DNA from: an uncultured Candidatus Saccharibacteria bacterium
GTDB lineage: Bacteria > Patescibacteriota > Minisyncoccia > Minisyncoccales > Staskawiczbacteraceae
Reading direction: 5' to 3'
Assembly: GCA_964475855.1 (NCBI GenBank)
Contig: CAYZAV010000001.1
Coordinates: forward strand, 49,060-113,059
DNA length: 64,000 bases
Numbering within the stretch: position 1 is the stretch's first letter; every line of letters begins with the position of its first letter. Positions 54,033-63,103 of the stretch are shown here, one piece after another. The notes under the pieces are model-generated. The model ran no database searches and was not told where the DNA came from. It saw nothing but the letters and a program-made list of their open reading frames with translations. Position numbers and translations under genes: made by a program.

Positions 54033-54656
54033 TTACTTGCGGACGGCGGCGAAACGACAACGCGCAAACCAGCTACGGCCATACCAATACAGGAGCAACC
54101 AACGCATGGAGTCGCACTCGCGCAGACAGACCACGCTGCGGCGGCCACCCGGGTCACGCCACACTTTCCCCAATGCAATGATTGGGTACTTGCGTTGCAA
54201 CTGTGAGTGTTGCTCGCCAACGGCCAACACGTCTTCGGGGTCAGCAGGCCGGAAACCTTCTTTTTCCATAGCCGCAATGACGTCGTCAGATTCCATATTA
54301 CGGTCAAAATGGAAGAAAGTTATTTCCTTTTCCTGCTTGCCCATGCCGGTCAGTAGGAAACGCTCCTGGGTTATATCCTTATCATCCCAGTCATACTTCC
54401 CCGCCGTGATCATCTGGGCTAAGGTTCGGGAATAGTCCACCGTCACCTTGACGGTTTCGCGAACCACTACCTTGCCGCCGTTAATGATCAGTTCGGCGAT
54501 CTGGTTGATGAGGGATTCTCCCTCGGGCTTAACCAGCTTGCGGAAGATAGCGTCAGCATCGCCTCCGCGTTGCTGGAGCGCCTTGACCAACGCCTGGATG
54601 AAACTCATCACGACGCCAACGTAAGAAACCGATTCGCAACTCTTCATGGTACGCAC
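54033..54656 (-). CDS. DGR target protein (207 aa) with variable C-terminal ~43 residues
   Basis: VR covers the last ~43 codons up to the stop (…KVWRDPGGRRSVVCLRECDSMRWLLLYWYGRSWFARCRFAAVRK). GC-rich relative to the RT. Confidence 0.75.
   Translation of the reverse strand: MRTMKSCESVSYVGVVMSFIQALVKALQQRGGDADAIFRKLVKPEGESLINQIAELIINGGKVVVRETVKVTVDYSRTLAQMITAGKYDWDDKDITQERFLLTGMGKQEKEITFFHFDRNMESDDVIAAMEKEGFRPADPEDVLAVGEQHSQLQRKYPIIALGKVWRDPGGRRSVVCLRECDSMRWLLLYWYGRSWFARCRFAAVRK
54037..54164 (-). repeat. DGR variable repeat (VR) at 3' end of target gene
   Basis: See TR. The GC-rich 3' end (CGTTTCGCCGCCGTCCGCAA on the coding strand), identical in both copies, is consistent with an IMH-like region. 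Confidence 0.85.
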
Positions 54657-54777
54657 TCCGATGGTTCGGTTTACCCCTCGCTCCAGGCAACATACCCAAA
54701 GCCCTAGATAAACCTGAAATGTACTTAGAAATAGGGCTTTTTTTGCTCTATTTAGCCCATAAGTCTATTATACTACT

Positions 54778-55329
54778 TTACCTAATTCTTGTCAAGTGCT
54801 TAGTAGTTAAATCCAGAATTTTAGATGATTTGGCGTTTTTAGCCCTTCCCCCGTCAATTATGAGGCCCACCAGGCGAGTTTTACCGAAAGTAGTAGTAAT
54901 ATCAGCTATGGAATTCAGTGGCTCTTGCCCTGCCAAATTGACCGAAGTTTGCACCAGCGGCCTGTCTATTTTTTTAAGTAATTTTTGTAAAAATGGGTGC
55001 CCGGGAATACGGATGGCAATGTTGTCTTTTTTAACGCCGTATAATTTTGTACCGGTTTTTCTTTTTAAAACGGCTGTAACTTTTCCCGGCCAATATTTTT
55101 TAAGCAGCTTTGATTGTCGCATATCAATTTCTGCAATTTGACGGGCCATGGAAATACTTTTTACAAATAGTGAAAGTGGTTTGGTTTTTGGCCGGCGCTT
55201 TATTTTGTAAATTTTATCTACTGCTTTTTTATTAGTGGCGTCTGCCAAAAAACCATATACGGTATCGGTTGGACAAATAATGACGCTGCCTTTTTTTAAA
55301 GCAGCAACTGCGTTATTTAGTTGTTCCAT
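54778..55329 (-). CDS. tsaC: L-threonylcarbamoyladenylate synthase (YrdC/TsaC domain)
   Basis: VIICPTDTVYGFLADA and other YrdC blocks. 183 aa. Confidence 0.85.
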   Translation of the reverse strand: MEQLNNAVAALKKGSVIICPTDTVYGFLADATNKKAVDKIYKIKRRPKTKPLSLFVKSISMARQIAEIDMRQSKLLKKYWPGKVTAVLKRKTGTKLYGVKKDNIAIRIPGHPFLQKLLKKIDRPLVQTSVNLAGQEPLNSIADITTTFGKTRLVGLIIDGGRAKNAKSSKILDLTTKHLTRIR

Positions 55330-56056
55330 CTTTTAAAAATTCTTCCTGGAACTTTTTAATATCCTCCTGTTTTCCAAAATCCATCCAGTTATCTTGCAAC
55401 TTTTTAATTTTAACTTTTTTGTCTTTTGCCAAAAGTGTTAAAACATCAGTTATTTCATATTCGCCGCGAGGTGATTTTTTTATCAAGGGTAGCTTTTCAA
55501 AAACATCCGGCGTAAATTTATACAAACTGGTATTTATTAAATCTCCCACAAACTCTTTTGGCTTTTCTATGATTTCTTGTAACAATTCGCCATCTTCTAT
55601 TAAAACGCCAAATCGCTCCGGATGCTCTGCCTTCAGCCCGCCAACATAGCAAAAGCTATCATCAATATTCATGGAAGCCAAGTCGTCAACCGAATAAAAA
55701 TTATCCCCCACCAAAGAAATAAATTGGTCGCGGCCTACAAAATCTTTGACGCATTTTAACGGGCAGGCAGTGCCATATTCTTTTTCTTTTGGTCCCAAAA
55801 TTTCAAATTGGTTCACTGTGCTAATGGTCGCGCCAACAGGAGCGGGGTAAGTTTGGAGAAATTCGGTAATCAAATCTTGGCGAAACCCCACCACTAGCAT
55901 AATATCCATGTACCCGGCCTCAAAAATATTATCCAGTAAATACACCAAAAACGGCCTATTATTGACTGTTATCAAGTGCTTTGACTTGTCACGGGAAAGT
56001 TCTTGCATGCGAGTACCCTGTCCCGCTGCAGAAACCACAACTTTTTTAATCGGCAT
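55313..56056 (-). CDS. sugar-phosphate nucleotidyltransferase (NTP_transferase domain)
   Basis: VVVSAAGQGTRM G-loop motif. 247 aa. Confidence 0.75.
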   Translation of the reverse strand: MPIKKVVVSAAGQGTRMQELSRDKSKHLITVNNRPFLVYLLDNIFEAGYMDIMLVVGFRQDLITEFLQTYPAPVGATISTVNQFEILGPKEKEYGTACPLKCVKDFVGRDQFISLVGDNFYSVDDLASMNIDDSFCYVGGLKAEHPERFGVLIEDGELLQEIIEKPKEFVGDLINTSLYKFTPDVFEKLPLIKKSPRGEYEITDVLTLLAKDKKVKIKKLQDNWMDFGKQEDIKKFQEEFLKDGTTK

Positions 56057-56057
56057 A

Positions 56058-58880
56058 TTAGATTACAAAATTAATCAATTTATTTGGAATAAAGATAACT
56101 TTTCTGATTTCCTTGCCTTCCAACCATGGTTGTAATTTAGGTGCAAGCAAGGCAAGATCTTGCATCTCCGCCTGGCTTAATCCAATTTTCACTTCCATTT
56201 TGTCGCGCACTTTTCCGTTTACGGAAACTATCATCATAATAGCGGTTTCTTTGACTTCTTCATGCTTTGGCCACGTTTTCAGATTCAAGCCCAGCTCAGC
56301 CGCCAAATGCGGCGCAAACGGTGAAAGAATGGCCAAGAATTTCTGCATATCTTTCTTGTCTAAACCAGTTTCTGAGGCACTCCACTCATTCACAAACGAC
56401 ATCATGGCCGAAACCGCCGTATTAAATTTCATTTCCTCAATATCTTCAGAAACCTTTTTAATGGTTTTATTGAGAGAAATTGTTAATTGTTTATTGTTTA
56501 TTGTTAATTGCGAGCCGAGGGCGAGCTTATATACTTTCTCCAAAAACCTTCTTGCCCCCACAATACCCTTGTCATCCCAAGGAATCATTTGCTCAAACGG
56601 CCCCATGAACATTTCATACACGCGCAGAGTATCGGCGCCATACTGCTTAGCCACGTCATCGGGGTTGATCACATTTCCGCGGGATTTAGACATTTTAACT
56701 GCTCCCGGCCCCAAAATAATCCCATGCGAAGTGCGCTTTTTATATGGCTCATTTCCTATTTCTTTTGGCACGGCGCCAATGTCCCACAAAAATTTAAAGA
56801 TAAACCGGGAATACAACAAATGCAACGTAGTGTGCTCCATGCCGCCATTGTACCAGTCCACAGGCATCCAGTAGTTAGTTAATTTCGGATTTCGGATTTC
56901 GAATTTCGAATTTCCTTGCTGATTTGCGGTCAAATAAGCAAGGTAGTACCAATTTGACCCAGCCCAATTCGGCATAGTATCCGTTTCACGCCGGGCAGGC
57001 TTTTTGCAAGTTGGACATTTTACATTCACCCATTTTTCTATAGCTGACAAAGGCGATTCTCCCGTATCCGTCGGCTGGTATTTTTTTACCTTGGGTAATT
57101 CAACGGGCAGTTGTTTTTCCGGAACTACAACCCAACCACAATCTTTACAGTTAATCATGGGAATCGGCTCTCCCCAATAATGTTGGCGCGAAAAAATCCA
57201 ATCGCGCAACTTATAATTGACCGTCATTTTCCCGCCGACAAAGAATGTCATTTCCACTTTGGATTTTTGTGAATCCATGCCCGAAAATGTTCCGGAATTT
57301 ACCAAAAACCCATCACCAGTATACACATAATTTTCTGTTGCTAATTGGTTTGTCCAATGGCCAACTTCTGCATGGGTCATGTGTTCGTAATCCAGCGTAT
57401 CGGCTGGCAGCCAGACAATGGCATGGGCATCCTGTTCTTTTTGTGAAACTTCTACCCGCTCTTTTCCAGCCAACTCAAACACAACAGCCGTGGTATATGA
57501 TATCCGGTTTTCATCTTTGTGTGCTGCAAAATATTCCGCCCGAGCTCTTCCCGGTAAAATCCTTTTCAGCACCACATTGGTAAAACCCGTTTCTTCCCTG
57601 ATTTCCCGCCTGGCGGCCTCCACTACATCTTCGCCATCTTCCACGCCACCCATCGGGAATGTGGTCCAGTCAAATTTTTTCCATTTCAAGCCCAAATAGT
57701 TTCCCGTGGCCGGGTCACGCACAATGGCATGCACATTTTGGCGCTCAACAAATTTCTTGCCTGCAACCGGGGGATTGCGTTTATCAACAATATTAGGAAC
57801 CACTACTTCTTTAATAGACAAGGCATACTTTTTAGCAAATATAAAATCGCGCTCGTCGTGTGCCGGGACGGCCATAATGGCTCCGGTGCCATAGCCCATC
57901 ATAACGTAATCAGCAATAAAAATAGGAACTTCCTGTCCTGTGGCCGGGTTAATGGCTTTTACTCCTTTTAATTCAACACCCGTTTTTTCCTTGTTTTCCT
58001 GTCGCTCTATATCTGATTTATTTTTCGCCTCTGCGATATATTGTTCAACTTCTTTTTTATTTTCTAACTGTAAAACATTGACCAGCGCGTGCTCCGGCGC
58101 CAGCACCAAAAACGTACAACCAAACAGCGTATCCGGCCTGGTTGTAAAAATAGGTATTGTAAATTGTGTATTGTTTATTGTAAATTCCAGCTCTGTTCCT
58201 TCGCTACGCCCAATCCAGTTTTTCTGCTGATCTTTGACGCGGCTTGGGTAATCCACCAAATCTAAATCTTTGATCAGCCGGTCTGCATACTTGGTAATTT
58301 TAATCAGCCACTGTTCCTTTTCCCGTTTTTGGACCGGCGTGCCGCAGCGTTCGCATTTCCCATTAATAACCTCTTCATTTGCCAAACCGGTTTTACAGCT
58401 AGGACACCAGTTAATGGCCATTTTTTCTTTGTAAGCCAAGCCCGCCTCAAATAATTTAACAAAAATCCACTGGGTCCATTTGTAGTATTTCAGGTCGGTG
58501 GTGTTTACTTCCCGGCTCCAATCAAATGAAAGCCCCAAGTTTTTCATCTGCTTGCGGAAATTGTCGGTATTTTTTTTGGTTACCACGGCCGGATGCACAC
58601 CTTTTTTAATAGCGTAGTTTTCCGTAGGCAGGCCAAAAGCATCCCAGCCCATAGGATACAGTACGTTAAAACCCTGTAGTCGCCGTTTGCGGGAAATGAC
58701 ATCCAAGCCAATATACGGCCGACAGTGACCCACATGCAAACCATCACCAGAAGGAAATGGGAATTCGGTCAACAGGTAAGCTTTAGGTTTTTTAGATGTA
58801 TTGCTAGCCGAAAAAATAGTGGAACTGTACCACATCTTTTGCCACTTTTTCTCTATTTTTTGAGGGTTGTATTTTTGCAT
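56058..58880 (-). CDS. leuS: leucine--tRNA ligase lacking the CP1 editing domain and carrying a Nudix-domain insertion
   Basis: HVGH (HIGH), KMSKS, TRPDT, AHDERDF, YKLRDWIFSRQHYWGEPIP. Only ~55 aa lie between TRPDT and the KTG region. ~140 extra aa sit between FAKKYALSIKEVV and TGDGFLVNSG, with the Nudix box GGVEDGEDVVEAARREIREETGF. Confidence 0.95.
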   Translation of the reverse strand: MQKYNPQKIEKKWQKMWYSSTIFSASNTSKKPKAYLLTEFPFPSGDGLHVGHCRPYIGLDVISRKRRLQGFNVLYPMGWDAFGLPTENYAIKKGVHPAVVTKKNTDNFRKQMKNLGLSFDWSREVNTTDLKYYKWTQWIFVKLFEAGLAYKEKMAINWCPSCKTGLANEEVINGKCERCGTPVQKREKEQWLIKITKYADRLIKDLDLVDYPSRVKDQQKNWIGRSEGTELEFTINNTQFTIPIFTTRPDTLFGCTFLVLAPEHALVNVLQLENKKEVEQYIAEAKNKSDIERQENKEKTGVELKGVKAINPATGQEVPIFIADYVMMGYGTGAIMAVPAHDERDFIFAKKYALSIKEVVVPNIVDKRNPPVAGKKFVERQNVHAIVRDPATGNYLGLKWKKFDWTTFPMGGVEDGEDVVEAARREIREETGFTNVVLKRILPGRARAEYFAAHKDENRISYTTAVVFELAGKERVEVSQKEQDAHAIVWLPADTLDYEHMTHAEVGHWTNQLATENYVYTGDGFLVNSGTFSGMDSQKSKVEMTFFVGGKMTVNYKLRDWIFSRQHYWGEPIPMINCKDCGWVVVPEKQLPVELPKVKKYQPTDTGESPLSAIEKWVNVKCPTCKKPARRETDTMPNWAGSNWYYLAYLTANQQGNSKFEIRNPKLTNYWMPVDWYNGGMEHTTLHLLYSRFIFKFLWDIGAVPKEIGNEPYKKRTSHGIILGPGAVKMSKSRGNVINPDDVAKQYGADTLRVYEMFMGPFEQMIPWDDKGIVGARRFLEKVYKLALGSQLTINNKQLTISLNKTIKKVSEDIEEMKFNTAVSAMMSFVNEWSASETGLDKKDMQKFLAILSPFAPHLAAELGLNLKTWPKHEEVKETAIMMIVSVNGKVRDKMEVKIGLSQAEMQDLALLAPKLQPWLEGKEIRKVIFIPNKLINFVI

Positions 58881-58922
58881 CTAATTGCTGGAATATATCA
58901 CAATTTCAGGGATTTTGGAAGA

Positions 58923-59742
58923 TTATAAGTTAAACAATATGCGTGCATTTTCCGTGGTTTTTTGGACAATCTCTTGGATACTGATATTTTTTAATCCGGC
59001 AATTTTTTGGATGGTATATTCCATGAAGATTGGTTCGTTTCTTTTTTGGGGCGCGGACGGTGGCGTCAAATACGGGCAATCCGTTTCAAGTAGCAAATAT
59101 TCCAGCGGAATGGTTTTGATAACCTGGTCAATATCAAATTTAAAAATAATGCCGTTAATACCAAGGTAAAAACCCAGTTCTACATATTTTTTAGCTTGCT
59201 GTAACGTTCCGGTAAAACAATGAACAACCCCTTTTTGACCACGCGTTTTTATTATCTCAATCACATCATCATGCGCCACACGACAATGTAAAATTACAGG
59301 CAGATTTAATTCTTTGGCCAAATCAAGCTGCTGCACAAAAACCGCTTTTTGCTTTTGCTTGAATTGATCCAGCTTAGTTGCGCTTTTGGGTTTATAATAA
59401 TAATCCAGGCCAATTTCCCCAATGGCCACCACTTTTTCTGACTGTGCCAACTCCCGGTATTTTTGCACATCAAAAACATCTTCGGTCTGGAATGTTTCCG
59501 TTTCATTAGGATCATTTTTTATCTTCAAAAATTCCGCCCCGGCATACATGGGATGCAGTCCAATAGTAGCAAAAAATCCTTCACCGTATTTTTCGGCAAA
59601 TTCCACTGCTGCTTTACTAGTGGCGTAGCCCGTTCCGACATTAATGGCCCGAATGTCTGCCTTTCGTGTCCTTGCCACCACTTCATCAATGTCATCATTG
59701 AAAGCGTAAAATTGCAAATGTGAATGAGTATCAATCATCATA
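58923..59742 (-). CDS. tatD: TatD-family metal-dependent hydrolase (DNase)
   Basis: MIDTHSHL, GLHP, GEIGLDY, ILHCR, HCF, ETDCPYL motifs. Start at the ATG at 59742. Confidence 0.85.
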
Positions 59743-59823
59743 GGCTCATTGTAATGCATCTTAATGCAAAGAAAAAGGCAGGTGATCAATAAAGATCTAC
59801 CTGCCATTGGTTTGTAGGGCCCA

Positions 59824-60030
59824 TTAAGCGGGCTTGGCGACGAAATTGCCGGAGTCAGTCCCGGCGGGCTTGCCATGGATGGCCTCATACACTTCCTGTC
59901 GGTGGACAGGAACTTCCTTGGGCGCGACAATGCCCAGACGGACTTTATCGCCGCGGATTTCCACGACGGTGATGGTAATGTCATCGTTAATGACAATACA
60001 CTCATTCTTCTTCCTCGACAAGACGAGCAT
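59824..60030 (-). CDS. csrA: carbon storage regulator CsrA (RNA-binding translational regulator), high-GC orphan
   Basis: MLVLSRKKNECIVINDDITITVVEIRGDKVRLGIVAPKEVPVHRQEVY matches the CsrA fold closely. Strong AGGAGGTG SD. GC clearly above neighbours. No fliW nearby. Confidence 0.8.
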   Translation of the reverse strand: MLVLSRKKNECIVINDDITITVVEIRGDKVRLGIVAPKEVPVHRQEVYEAIHGKPAGTDSGNFVAKPA

Positions 60031-60111
60031 TCAACACCTCCTACTAGATGTTAGATCCCCCCTCAAGTCCTCCATGGACTTGCCTATATTCATAATAGCA
60101 AGGCACTAATA

Positions 60112-61563
60112 TTAAGTCAATAGCCTAGGAAAAAGCGCCTGTTTTTGGTCGGATTTGATCGCATCGGCAATTTTTTGGGCAGATTCAGGCATAAAAGGCA
60201 AGAGCATCCCCGAGATTTCTTGCAGCGCGACAAGAATATCTCCAATCACTCGCGAAGCATTTTCTTTTCCCTCCCACGGCTTTTCTTCGTTGATATATTT
60301 ATCGCACGCCGAAATCAATTCCCAAATAGATTTTAACGCTTCATTAAATTTGAATTCTTCTAAATATTTCTTGGAATCTTTTTGTGTTTCAGTGATTTTT
60401 AATGTTAAATTTTCGCTTTGAATTTGTTTTTGATTTCGTGCTTCTGATTTCGGATTTCCCAATTTAGCCGCCATCGCCACTGTCCTTGCCACCAAGTTCC
60501 CGATGCCGCCCGCCAAATCCGAATTATACCGCTGCTCGAATTTTTCATAGGTAAAGTCCCCATCTTCCGTTGGCGTGATTTCACGCAATAAATAATAACG
60601 CACCGCATCAACGCCGTATTTTTTTACCAATTCAAACGGATCCACCACATTGCCCAAACTTTTTGACATCTTTTGGCCACCCGACAAAATAAATCCGTGG
60701 ATGAATATTTGCCTTGAATTTGGCAAACCGGCCGATAATAACATTGCCTGCCACATACTGGACTGCTGACGTAAATTATCTTTTCCCGCAACCTGGGTGC
60801 CCGGCCAAAAATCATTGAATTTTTGGGAGTTTTCCGGCCAACCGAGGGCAGAAATATAGCTTACCAAGGCGTCAGACCATACATACATGACATGTTTTTC
60901 ATCGCCTAGCACATCAACCCCCCAGGGCATTTTTTCTTTCAGTCGCGAAACACTGAAATCCTGCAACCCCTTTTTAGTAAATTCGGTTATTTCATGCAGG
61001 CGCGAAGCAGGAACCACAAAACCTGGGTTCTTCGCATAAAAATCCAGCAGTGGTTGTTGGTATTTGGAATATTTGAAAAAATAATTTTCTTCCTCAATTA
61101 ATTCAATGTCCAAGTTAGGATGGATGGGGCATTTACCATGCTCAAGTTCTGAATCCATTTTTTCCAACTCACAGCCAACACAATATTTTACTTTGTAATT
61201 TTTTTTATAAATATCGCCATTGGCCGAGCACCGTTTCCAAAATTCCTGGGCGGCTTTTATATGGTGCTCATCGGTCGTACGGATAAAATTGTCGCACGTC
61301 ACATTAAGTGCCGCTTTTAAATCATTAAATTTGGGCGCATAGATATCGCAATACGTTTTTGGATCAACATTGGCCTCCTGTGCTTTACGGTAAATTTTCA
61401 CCCCATGTTCATCGGTCCCAAAATTAAAAAACACTTCAAAACCCTGTTGTCTCTTAAACCGGGCAATTACATCAGCCTGGATTATTTCCAGCGCAAAACC
61501 GATGTGTGGTTCGGCATTCACATACGGCAGGGTGGTAGTAATATAAAATTTCTTGTTTTCCAT
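60112..61563 (-). CDS. metG: methionine--tRNA ligase (compact form)
   Basis: PYVNAEPHIGF (HIGH-like), KMSKS, zinc knuckle CVGC...CPIH, anticodon-binding domain. Start at the ATG at 61563. Confidence 0.9.
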   Translation of the reverse strand: MENKKFYITTTLPYVNAEPHIGFALEIIQADVIARFKRQQGFEVFFNFGTDEHGVKIYRKAQEANVDPKTYCDIYAPKFNDLKAALNVTCDNFIRTTDEHHIKAAQEFWKRCSANGDIYKKNYKVKYCVGCELEKMDSELEHGKCPIHPNLDIELIEEENYFFKYSKYQQPLLDFYAKNPGFVVPASRLHEITEFTKKGLQDFSVSRLKEKMPWGVDVLGDEKHVMYVWSDALVSYISALGWPENSQKFNDFWPGTQVAGKDNLRQQSSMWQAMLLSAGLPNSRQIFIHGFILSGGQKMSKSLGNVVDPFELVKKYGVDAVRYYLLREITPTEDGDFTYEKFEQRYNSDLAGGIGNLVARTVAMAAKLGNPKSEARNQKQIQSENLTLKITETQKDSKKYLEEFKFNEALKSIWELISACDKYINEEKPWEGKENASRVIGDILVALQEISGMLLPFMPESAQKIADAIKSDQKQALFPRLLT

Positions 61564-61594
61564 GGTACAATAAGCAAATTCTAACAAAAAATCT

Positions 61595-62065
61595 ATGATT
61601 TTACTAGCTCACATGCTCTTTGGCGCGGCTGTCGGTTCACTAACGGGAAATATCTATATGGGGATGGCATCAGCCATATTAAGCCACTATTTTTTAGACC
61701 TATTCCCACATATTGAATATTTGAAATCAACCGAGGCATCTGTCAATAAAATAAAAAGTGGTAACAAAAAGGAGTATATTGCCGACGGCATAAAAGTACT
61801 GATTGATTTTTTACTGGCCATTGCAGTTATTTTTTCCATTTCCAGCAACCAACCGGCACTATATTTGTTTGCCATCATCGCCATTATTCCCGATGGCCTG
61901 ACGGTCACGACCCATCTTTTCCCAAACCGTATCTTGCAAAAGCACCACCAAATCCACGGTGGGCCCATACATTACCTGACTAAACAAAAAAACTTCCCGT
62001 TGTTTTGGAAAGTATTCAGTCAGGCGTTGGCCGCTGCCTTTAGTATCGCCGTATTGGCGGTTTAA
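61595..62065 (+). CDS. hypothetical membrane protein (YdjM-like metal-dependent hydrolase fold possible)
   Basis: Four hydrophobic helices with His/Asp-containing loops. 156 aa. Confidence 0.45.
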   Translation: MILLAHMLFGAAVGSLTGNIYMGMASAILSHYFLDLFPHIEYLKSTEASVNKIKSGNKKEYIADGIKVLIDFLLAIAVIFSISSNQPALYLFAIIAIIPDGLTVTTHLFPNRILQKHHQIHGGPIHYLTKQKNFPLFWKVFSQALAAAFSIAVLAV

Positions 62066-63090
62066 TATTCTATTTCTTCCAGTCGACGCCGCTCCAAAAA
62101 TTCTTTTAAAAATTCGTAAGCAATCCCAAATACCGGGACAATAAAGACCATTCCTAAAAATCCAAATACCGTGTGCCCAACCAGGAGCGCCATCAATACC
62201 AGTGCCGGAGGCAAATCCATGAATTTTTTCATCAACACGGGGGTTAAAAATTTGTTCTCAATTTCTTGGATAACCAAGAGCGCCACAAAAATATAAATGG
62301 CCAGTAACCAGGAATTAGAAACGCCCACAAACAATATCGACAATACCAGAGTGATAGTCGGGCCGACATAGGGGATGAAATTCAACACTCCCGAAAGCAA
62401 GGCCAGAATAAAGGCGTACTTTACGCCAAACAGGAAAAAAACAACAAACGAAGCAATTCCCACCAACAAACAGGCGACCAAGCGCGCCCCAAACCATCCT
62501 GACACTTTGGTTTGCGCCCTCTCGAAAATGGTTACAATATAGCCTTCGTATTTTTTTGGTGCCAGCAGTGCTATCATCCGTTCCGGACCTTTTTCCTCAA
62601 GCGAAATAAAAAAAGCAAACGTGAAAATAAAAGCCGTGGAAGCTATGCCACCAAAAAATACCGATACCGCTTTGATAATACTTTCAGAGCTTTGTTGCAG
62701 ATTGGCAATCAGTGTTGCCGTAAAATCATCAAAATTCTGGCCAAGCGCAATGCCAAGCTCTTTTAAGAACGGGCTTAATTTTTCAAAATATTCCGGGATG
62801 TGCAAAGAAAGTTGCTTCATTTCATAAATGAAAATGGGGGCGGTAAGGTAGAGCAACAGTCCCAGCACTCCGAAAATAGATGAATACACCAGGATAACGG
62901 CAAAAATTTTAGGCACCTTTAGCCATCGGAGCGTATTGATGGCTGGTTGTAATAGCAGTGAAATAACCAATGCAAAGAAAAACCAGACCAAAATCCCCCT
63001 GGCTAAAAACAGGATATAAAACACAAAGATGGCAATGAAAATCTTTATGATCGCGCTCCAAGAAATGGTAAGTGTCTGCTGGTTTTCCAT
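62062..63090 (-). CDS. AI-2E family transporter (PerM/UPF0118)
   Basis: Eight TM helices with the characteristic long cytoplasmic loop and C-terminal LKEFLERRR. 342 aa. Confidence 0.8.
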   Translation of the reverse strand: MENQQTLTISWSAIIKIFIAIFVFYILFLARGILVWFFFALVISLLLQPAINTLRWLKVPKIFAVILVYSSIFGVLGLLLYLTAPIFIYEMKQLSLHIPEYFEKLSPFLKELGIALGQNFDDFTATLIANLQQSSESIIKAVSVFFGGIASTAFIFTFAFFISLEEKGPERMIALLAPKKYEGYIVTIFERAQTKVSGWFGARLVACLLVGIASFVVFFLFGVKYAFILALLSGVLNFIPYVGPTITLVLSILFVGVSNSWLLAIYIFVALLVIQEIENKFLTPVLMKKFMDLPPALVLMALLVGHTVFGFLGMVFIVPVFGIAYEFLKEFLERRRLEEIEY

Positions 63091-63103
63091 AATTATTATC
63101 GCG

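Larger units (their letters stand above)
52166..54656 (-). mobile_element. diversity-generating retroelement (RT, Avd-like gene, TR, VR within target gene)
   Basis: Canonical order on the minus strand: target gene with VR at its 3' end, then TR, then RT. 128-bp TR/VR pair with 23 mismatches, all at TR adenines. Confidence 0.8.
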
